From NCBI RefSeq assembly GCF_009914755.1, contig NC_060928.1: DNA of 64,000 bases; one strand, 5' to 3'. The DNA comes from the human T2T-CHM13v2.0 reference genome, Homo sapiens. A program made the position numbers and the translations under genes. Under the pieces are notes generated by a model. That model made no database searches. It was not told the origin of the DNA and worked only from the letters and a program-made list of their open reading frames with translations. Below are positions 46,524 to 64,000 of the stretch, one piece after another; the first letter of the stretch is position 1, and every line of letters begins with the position of its first letter.

Positions 46524-46640
46524 CTGCAAGAATTAAAGAGTCCGAAAATGAGATATGATGATTTAAAAAAAAAAGGAAAGGCCAGCACTGTCCACTTTGA
46601 TGTGATTGTGTGTTGTTTCCCTCATATAAACAATATTACC

Positions 46641-47019
<379 letters not shown>

Positions 47020-47173
47020 TTACTTGGTAAGTTTGCTAAACATTTATTGAGAATAGAACACTCCCCAAACACTGGGGATTCACAGTCGATTAAGATATGG
47101 TCTGTGTGAGCAAGGCGTTTGGCCTAGCTGGAACAGCTAAGTACAGGATGATCAGTGCTTTGACGCAGGGTGT

Positions 47174-47475
47174 TGATACAGTTTGAATATGGCCCCCTCC
47201 AAATATCATGTTGAATTGTAATCCCCAGTGTTGGAGGTGGGGCCCGGTGGGAGATGATTGGGTCATGGGGGCGGATTTCTCTTGAGTGGTTTAGCAGATT
47301 CCCGTTGGCGCTGTGCTCGAGATGAGTGAGTTCTCATGAGATCTGGCCATTGAAAAGTGTGAGGCATCTCCCCGCACGCTCGCTGTCTCTTGGTCTCGTT
47401 CTCACCATGTGATGCGCCTGCTCCCCCTTTGCCTTCTGCCATGATTGGAAGTTTCCTGAGGCCTCCCTGGAAGCC
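47174..47475 (+). mobile_element. MSTB-like LTR, 3' truncated
   Basis: tgatacagtttgaat...gaattgtaatccccagtgttggaggtgggg. Confidence 0.85.
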
Positions 47476-47793
47476 TATATATATAATCTATATGTATAAT
47501 ATAGATTATACATGTATCATCATATCTGTCCTAATATCTTTTTATTCTCACTTAGCCTTTTTACAGTAACATTTTCTCATGTTATTACAAGCTTTTTTGG
47601 AAACAATATTTTCACTGGCTGTGTAATATTTGCTCATCTGAAAGTTTTACAATTTATTGTTTACTTAGCCATTGCCCTCATGTTGGCTATTAGGTTCTTT
47701 CCAATTTCTCTCAATGATGATCAACTCTCTCAGGAAGAATTTTATGCAATAAAATTTTCCCTGTATTTTGAACTATTTTCTTAAGATAACCTA

Positions 47794-48189
<396 letters not shown>

Positions 48190-49764
48190 TTACTCTCTCC
48201 AAAAAAAATTGCATTAAGAGTGCCAAGATATGAGTTTCTTATGGATGGAATGATTTGAGGCAAGTTACTTAACTTTCCTGAGCTTCAGCTTCCTCATCTG
48301 TAAAATGAAGATGCTGACCTCATCCAACTATGACCCTTTAAAGATGTAGCCTGTGGAATGTGGCACATGTTCTGGTAGACAGTCAGTGCTCAACCGAAAT
48401 ATAAGTGTCCTTCTCCCCTTCCCTTTCCTTCATCCACTGTTAAGTAAAAATGAAGCTCTGTTCAGCTTCAGGTTTCCTAGTAGCCACTCATCTAGATAAT
48501 GATCAAAACATCTTAACCACAAGGCGTCTCAAGTGGTTACTGTACAAATATAGACAGAATCTCTTCTCTATAATTGGTTTATAGAACCCTACTAGATACT
48601 GTGTAATCACATTGAAAATACATGATTTGGTGCATTTGTTTACTGTGCTTCTGAACAGGGGTAATGTTTTATCTATTTTGTCCATTTTATCCTTGTGCAA
48701 GTTATTTACCATCTCTGTTCTCAGTTTCCTCATGACAAAAATAAGGTTACTACCAGTCCTACCTTCTTTTTATAGCTGAACATGAAAGTACTTCACTAAC
48801 TACTGAGGTTTTGCTCGGAGACTAAATACATGCACGCTGAGCAGGTTATAGGTACCACTGGCCGCATGTCAGATACATATGAAAGAAAAAAGGAAAGACG
48901 GAATGAATCTTTACCCAGAGCCTGCATTTTACAGACATTAATTACACACAAGATCCTGAGAGGTACTTCATAGTTGCTCAGATTTTACATAGACTAGGAA
49001 ACTGAAATTCAGCAAAGGGAAGTAGCTTCCTCAAGGTCTTAAGCGACTTAAGCTACCAAGCGGTAGAGGCATAATTGGCTAATGCTAAACAGTACCCTGA
49101 GGGACAGAAAGGATATTTATGTTTTATCAACTTCATCATTAGTAACACAATTGTGGGACTGAACAATGAAATGTTTTATGAACTTTCACTTTGCTGCTTA
49201 GAGAGAAAAATACAAGGTAAATGCGTCGGAGATGTACGCTATTAGTTCCACTCAAAGGATCACTTGAAAGGACCCTGCGTTGATCACTACCATATATCAT
49301 CAGCAACTGGGGCAAACTATGATGCGTGTGTGGAGAGGGGATAGGGAGAGTGGGAGAGATCTCATCATCCTAAAGCCTTATTTGGTTTCAGGTTACAAAA
49401 TATATAAACAAATTCCATTGGGAAGATAGCTTCATCGCTACAGTAAGCATGAGGTGTCATCTCTGCAGGCAGTAGGTGCCTGTAACCTTGTGTAGCTGCC
49501 ATGGGCCTCCTACTAAGCGAGAGTCATGTCAGCTCTTGGGAAGGAGACACACAGAAGGAGAAGGATTCTTATATCACCCGGGGTATTGCTCCTGTCACAA
49601 AAGGATTCTTAGGACCACAGTGATAGCTCCACAAAGGTGCAGGCAAAAAAACTGGCTGAGACTGTAAACTCAAATAACTAATATTTCTATTATGTTTAAC
49701 GAGATGAAAGTGTAGTTTTATAGGCCAAATTCAGTCAAGTATCATCATTTCCATATAGTTTAAC

Positions 49765-49768
49765 GTGT

Positions 49769-49810
<42 letters not shown>
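49765..49810. repeat. (GT)n microsatellite
   Basis: Direct observation. Confidence 0.95.
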
Positions 49811-49813
<3 letters not shown>

Positions 49814-50940
49814 TAAGACATACATCCAAAAGTTGTTTCTGGGAACTGATTCCAAAAGTGAGGCTTGGCAGGCTTTGGGTAAGCTATCACCTCTAAATTA
49901 TCTTCATCACTTTTAAAATGGAACTATGACATACTGTGATGTATATTTAAAACTGTGCAAAAGAAAAATAATTCCAACAGAATCTCCTGTCTTCCAAGTC
50001 CTGCAGTCCTTTAAATTCTGCACCTAAAAATATGCCACGTATAACATGTAGAATAGCATTTGTGTATATTTTGATGGCTAAATGGATAATCCTTTATAGG
50101 ACTATCTATATTACCCCAGGTATGGGAGGGGACATTAAATAAGGGACCAGGAGCCCTGTGCCTACTAGCTGTATGACCTTCTCTGGACTTCAGTTCACAT
50201 CTGTGTAAAACAAAGATAACTTGCCTCATGGAGTAACTTGTGAGTATGACATGACACGTAATAAAGTAAGTGAGAGACCCTTACAATTATAAAGTGTTAA
50301 AAATGTGGATTACCACATTTTAATAAAGGGCAAGACTGCAGTTCACTGAAGAATCATATCTGTGGTTTGAAAGGAGCTGAAATAGTTGGCTTCCACTTCT
50401 TGCAAGGGTAGGAGAGCCATCCACAGACAGGCTTCTGTGTGGTGACAACGCAACACAAAGGACAACATGCCCGCGTGTGAAATCGGTTAATGTGGTCAGT
50501 GCAGACAGACCCATCTCAGCACTGCGGCCCTGGAAGATTATTTCACGGGTTTAAATCATTCCAATAGGCTTCATACAGGGATCAAATTGATTGGGTAATT
50601 ATAAATGCCCATTTCATTATTCTGGTTGTGTAGAGAGATAATTTTGTTGTTATTGTTTTGGAGACAGGGTTTTGCTCTGTCGCCCAAGCTGGAGTGCCGT
50701 GGCACGAACACAGTTCATTGCAGTATCAAATTCCTGGCCTCCAGCAGTCCTCCCTCCTTGGCCTCCCAAAGGGCTGGAATTACAAGCGTCAGCCACTGCA
50801 CCCAGCCTACAGAGGGAGTTTAAGCCCAGCTAGTTTGTATGGGTTTTGTCTCTTTGTATCTTCAGCACATTAAAGCAAAGTCACTTTGGTAAACAGCAAA
50901 CACTCAGATGATCTGCTTGTGTACACTGCAGTGACTAAGA

Positions 50941-52205
<1,265 letters not shown>

Positions 52206-52292
52206 TCAAGCAGGAAAGTAACACTTCAAAGGAATGCAGACCGAGATGAAGGTCTATTTCCTCCCACCAGCACTGGTGCCAAGTCCAATGCC

Positions 52293-52970
<678 letters not shown>

Positions 52971-53029
52971 ACCTGGTGATTTTTAAAAAGAAAAGTTTGC
53001 TGAACTGAACCAATTCACACTGAGGCCTG

Positions 53030-54740
<1,711 letters not shown>

Positions 54741-55003
54741 TCTAGTTAGTATGTCCCTATGACGCCTTTGTCTGCTACTCAGGTTGAATGTCCCGTTTGT
54801 ATCTTAGTGGACTTGGCGGATGGTAGGCGCATGTTTAGCCTTAGTGGACACTACCAAATGGCTTTCCAAAGTACCATTTTATTTTTCTGCCAGCAATGTG
54901 GGAGAATTCCAGTTGTTCCGCGTTCTTACCAGCACTTGGCGTTCTGTCTGTTTTAATTTTAGCATTCTGGAGTGTGTAGTGGTATCTCACTGTTCTTGTT
55001 TAG

Positions 55004-56025
<1,022 letters not shown>

Positions 56026-56206
56026 GGCAATTTCGTATGTTTCAACCTAATAATCTGCATTTGCCTGGTGAGTAATGATGGTGAACACCTTTCCAAATGC
56101 TTATTAACTATGGGTGTGATCTCTTTTGTGAAGCCTATGTTTCTGTTCAAGCCCGATCTATTTTTAGGTTAGGTTACTTGTGTTTTTCTTTTCTGATCAT
56201 CTGTAG

Positions 56207-57083
56207 TGTAAACCAAAGAGTATCTGAGACAAGTCTCAATTTAGAAAGTTTATTTTGTCATGGTTAAGGCCACACCCAAGACACAGCCACAGGAGGTCCT
56301 GGCGACATGTACAAAGGTGGTCGAGGTACAGCTCGCTTTTATACATTTTAGGGAGACATAATACATCAACCAATACGTGTAAGGTTTATATTAGTTCTAT
56401 CTGGAAGAGCAGGACAACTGGAAGGAGGAGAGCGGCTTCCAGGTCATAGGTAGATTTAAACATATTCTGATTGGTGACTGTTCATGGTGGCGGCTCATGC
56501 GTGTAATGCCAGCACATTGGGAGGCTGAGGCGGGTGGATCACTCGAGGCCAAGAGTGCCAGACCAGGCTAGCCAACATGGCGAAACCCTGCCTCTACTAA
56601 AAATACAAAAATTAGCTGGGTGTGGTGGCACACGCCTGTGGTCCCAGCTACTCGGGAGGCTGAAGCATGAGAATTGCTTAAACTGAGAGCCAGGGGCTGC
56701 AATGAGCAGAGATAGTGCCACTGCACTCCAGCCTGGGCTGCAGTACAGGCCCTGTCTCAAATAATAATAACAATAAATAAATAAACCTATTTTGATTGGC
56801 AATTGGTTGAAAGAGTTATTATCTATAGAAAGGAATGGTTATGATAAGGGGTTGTGGAGACCTAGGTTTTATCATGCAGATAAAGCCTCCAGGTAGCAGG
56901 CTTTAGAGGAAACAGACTAAATGTTTCTTATCAGACTTTAGGTTGATGTTAATGGTGGAGGGGTCGAAGCCCCACTTCTTGTCATGGCCTGAACCACTCT
57001 TTCAGGTTAAAAGTGCCCTGGCCAAAGAGGAAGGCCCCGAGGTTGGAGGAGGAGGGGTAGTTAAATTTTATTTTTGGTTTACA
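56207..57083 (-). mobile_element. MER4A-like solo LTR with Alu (+, 56485-56785)
   Basis: tgtaaaccaaagagtatctgagacaagtctcaatttagaaagtttattt...tttttggtttaca. Confidence 0.85.
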
Positions 57084-57109
57084 GTAGTTTGCCTTTTCAC
57101 TCTGAATGG

Positions 57110-57472
57110 TGTATTATGAACTGAATTGTGTCCCCCTAAAATCCATCTATTGAAGCCCAAATCCCCAGTATCTCAGAAAATGACTATCTTTGGAGGCAAT
57201 TAAGTTAAAATGGGTTGTTGGAGTGGGCCCTAATCCAATATGATTGGGGCCCTTATAAGAAGAGATTAGAACCCAGACACGCATGGAAGGCAGACCATGA
57301 AAATAGAGGGAAGGCAGCCATCTGCAAGTTAAGCAGAGAGGCCTCAGGGGAAACCAAATCTGCCAACATTTTGATCTTGGACTTCTAGCTTCCAGAACTG
57401 TGAGAAAATAAATATGGTGTTTAAGTCTCCCACTCTATGGTATTCTGTTATAATGGTCCCAGCCAACTGATG
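57110..57472 (+). mobile_element. MLT1A/B LTR
   Basis: tgaattgtgtcccc...ttccagaactgtgagaaaataaat. Confidence 0.85.
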
Positions 57473-57599
57473 CGGAGTGTACTTGATAAATAAAAATTCA
57501 ATGAAGTCGAATTCATCAATTTTTTCATGGTTAATTTTATAATTGTTTAAAAAAATTGTGTAAAATCCATTCTCAATTTAAAAAAAGGTTAAGAAAAGA

Positions 57600-59840
<2,241 letters not shown>

Positions 59841-60278
59841 AAAAGAAACACCCCCCCCTCCCCAAAAAGAGTTCATTCCTTTTTGTGTGTGTGTGTAGAG
59901 ACAGGGGGCCTCACTGTGTTGCCCAGGCTGCTCTCCAACCCCTGGCCCCAAGCAATCCTCCTGTCTTGGCCTCTTAAAGGGCTGGGATTACAGGCATGAG
60001 CCACCCCACCCGGCCTATCTTTTTACTTTTGACCTATGTGTGTCTTCATAGTTCAAGTGCCTTTCTTGCAGCAGCATATACTTGGGTCTTGCTTCATTTT
60101 CCCCATTTGAAAATCTCTGCTTTGACTTAATTATTTCCCCTATTGTTTTAAGACTGCACTGTATGTCTTCTTAAGAGTAGAAAGGGTTTGGGTTTTTTTC
60201 CCTTAATTTTGTGTACTATTGACAGATCTTTGATAAAAATTAGAAACTTAGAATACTATTCTGAGAATAGCTATGTGT

Positions 60279-60297
60279 GACCTCCCTCTAGTGGCCA
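60279..60297 (-). promoter_or_regulatory. CTCF-like motif
   Basis: Minus strand reads TGGCCACTAGAGGGAG. Confidence 0.55.
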
Positions 60298-60807
60298 CAT
60301 TGAATAATGTTATGAAATGCAAGCATTTCTTCAGAGCTGAGCTTCTCCACGGCAAGCTATGCACATTGAACTATTAATTTGACTTCATTGTTGTCTGCAA
60401 CTGTGTATAAACTGGTATCACAGTCCTGAGAGACACTCAGTGCCTAAATAAGCCAAGAGGGGGAAACTTGGCCTCCTTGGAACCTGGAAAAATAGTAGCC
60501 ACCTAAAATAATTAATAACAATTACGGTGTCATTAGCCCTTTAACATGTAATTCAGAAACACATGTAGTAGTTGGCATATGATAGTTATGGTAAATAAGC
60601 AATGGAAACGATTAATTTCAAGGACATGTAGAAGGAGGACAAATAAAAAGTATAAAATAAAATGGCAGAAATAAAATTTTAAAATATGGGCAGTCATTCC
60701 TTTGCAACTTCTTTTGAATCTATTTCAAAATAAAAATTAAAGAATATCAGTGGTAATAATAAATGAAAAATGGATCCAAACTCTATAGTAAAATAATGAG
60801 AATTTTT

Positions 60808-61110
60808 CTGAGCACGTGACACATTCCTGTAATCCCAGCACTTTGAGAGGCTGAGGCGGGCAGATCACCTGAGGTCAGGGGTTCAAGACCAGCCTGGCCA
60901 ACATGGTGAAACCCCATCTCTACTAAAACTACAAAAATTAGCCAGGTGTGGTCGCGGGTGCCTGTAATCCCAGCTACTCAGGAGGCTGAGGCTGAGGCAG
61001 GAGAATTGCTTGAATCTAGGAGGCAGAGGTTGAAGTGAGCCGAGATCACAGCACTGTACTACAGCCTGGGCGACAGAGCGAGACTCCATCTAAAAAAAAG
61101 GAAAAAGAAA
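60808..61110 (+). mobile_element. AluS
   Basis: Dimer with gctgag micro-duplication. Confidence 0.93.
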
Positions 61111-61354
61111 ACGTAGAGGTTTACAGGGGATATACTTATACAGAATGGTTGAAAGTAAAGAGTTAGAAAAATATAAACTAGGCAAATACAAACCGAAGGA
61201 AAACAAATAGCTCTATTAATTTGTGTGTGGGGTGGAAGACTTTAAGGCAAAAGGTATTACTACAGATAAAGAGGGCCACAACTTAATGATAAAAAGTTAA
61301 ATTCACCAAAAAGATATAACAATTCAAATATTGTATGCTTTTATTTTTAATGAA

Positions 61355-61959
<605 letters not shown>

Positions 61960-62360
61960 TAAAAACAAAAGGCTTGAAATATATAAAGGAAAATTCAACA
62001 GACCTCAGGGAGAAATTGATAAATCTACCATTAAAATGACTATTGTTTTATATGGCAGGCAGACACATAACAGAAGATCACATTTCTGCTAGTATAACTG
62101 CTCTTCATTTATATGATGAAATTCCATATACCTACATTTCACAGTGCTGCACAAAAATGATGGCGGGTTCCAGGTGCTCCCTCATTGGAGAAATCTGAGA
62201 ACCATTGACCTAGATATTAAAGTGCATTATTTTCCTATTCATTCCACAAGCGGTTACTGAAAGACTATTGTGTTGTGTTGAAGGCGTAAAGTTTACACAT
62301 TAAAGGAGTCAGTTGCTGTACTTAGTTTAGCTATTTAATATAAATTCGTAGTTCATAAGC

Positions 62361-62660
62361 TTTTTTTTGTTGAGAGATGGGGTCTCCGTCTGTCACGCAG
62401 GAGTACAGTGGCGTGAACACGGCTCACTGCAGCCTCCATCTCCTGGGCTCAAGCGATTCTCCCGCCTCAGCCCCCACAAGTAGCCCAAGTAGCTGGGACT
62501 ACAGGCGCACCATCATACCCGGATCATTTTTGTATTTATGTTTTTAGAGATGGGGTTTTCCACACTGCCCAAGCTGGTCTCCAACTACTGAGCTCAGGCA
62601 ATCCGCCCGCCTCAGCCTTCCAAAGTGCTGAGATTACAGGTGTGAGCCACCGCGCCCGGC
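62361..62660 (-). mobile_element. AluJ
   Basis: Diverged dimer. Confidence 0.9.
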
Positions 62661-62699
62661 TTCATAAGCCAATTTCACAAAGATTTATAGAGAAAACCA

Positions 62700-62728
62700 C
62701 CCTGAAGTGCCCCCCCCAAATGCGCCTG

Positions 62729-62766
<38 letters not shown>

Positions 62767-63500
62767 AAATCTCAGTCTCTTTCTTAAAGAAATGTGCTTG
62801 CTAGAACAAGGAACAGTAATGAGTTTCCAAAATTCTGATGTCTTCGGTTATATTGTTTTTCAAAAATAAGAAAAAAATACAGTAAGTACAAATATTGGTC
62901 CACAAACTCAGCTGGGCAAGGCAACTTAATTTCTATTCAGACTCCATTCTGTCAAGCGGTGGAAATAATCCGGGTCCCCGTTTCTCTCCACTGCTGTCCC
63001 ATGGATGACTAAGAAGGCGAGGAGAGGGGCGCGTGGTCCGGGTCTTCATCTGGCCGTGCTGGCACCCGCGGCCTGGCCCGCATTCGCTTCCGGTCTTCAG
63101 TCTGTGCTCCATCAAGGGTGTTCTTTCAAGGTCACACTTTCCTTTCTTCCAACCCTGAGGCTCTTCAGGCCTGGCTTGCTGTCAGCGGACTGTGGTGGCC
63201 TTGAAAAGGAAACGTTATTCTGCTGCTCCTGCGCCACATTGGAGACATTAAGAGCAGGAAAAGCTGAACGGGGCTCTCTAGGGACCTTCACTCCAGCAGG
63301 CTGCCTTCATTTTGCGGACTATGGACACAAGCAAATCCCTCAGGTACCAGGGATCTGTTCTCCGTCTCCCTCATTGCACTTGGATCAACCCTGCAAGGCT
63401 GCCTCTGCCCTGTGTGCTGAAACACCGCCCGGCCGTTTCTTCCCCTGCATCTGTGCCTCCCTGGGCTGCGCAGAATACAGGCCCCTCCTTCCCAGGGATC
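62700..63500. promoter_or_regulatory. Second CpG-enriched unique region, candidate promoter/enhancer
   Basis: Elevated CpG at 62960-63200, ETS-like cttccggt near 63088, gcgcgc(ca)n tract upstream. Confidence 0.45.
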
Positions 63501-63590
63501 CACACGAGCCTCACATTCTTTGCTTTCTCTCTAACTTTCTTCCTTTCTCTCCAGGTTTGGGAAAACTTCATATAATCTTTGTAAGAGTAG

Positions 63591-63899
<309 letters not shown>

Positions 63900-64000
63900 T
63901 GTGTGCAGAAAGCTTTTTGTTTTCCCTCAAGTATTCTACGAAGTCCACTGGGCTTGAGTTTTTTCTCTTCCTTTGGAAATTCTAATGCCGAGAATAGACT

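Overview
Primate (human-like) genomic DNA, rich in Alu, L1, L2, MIR and ERV LTRs. No intact protein-coding gene is supported; the longest supplied ORFs come from Alu, CpG-island or antisense sequence. The main signal is a series of degenerate minus-strand exons between about 46.5 kb and 3.7 kb. Most retain AG/GT splice signals and matching intron phases, and they splice into repeated EF-hand-pair segments resembling EFCAB6-type proteins, but they carry stops, a frameshift and broken donors. This is best read as an unprocessed, possibly unitary, pseudogene of a multi-EF-hand gene, with a candidate CpG-island promoter at 53.0-54.7 kb. Also seen: an internally deleted Y3 RNA retrocopy, a 27-bp perfect inverted repeat in a direct-inverted-direct triplication, two locally templated 46-70 bp duplications, a tailless Alu with TSD, a G-rich 25-bp VNTR, nested LTRs and two CTCF-like motifs. 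Repeat family names come from recalled consensus sequences, not a search, and repeat boundaries are approximate.
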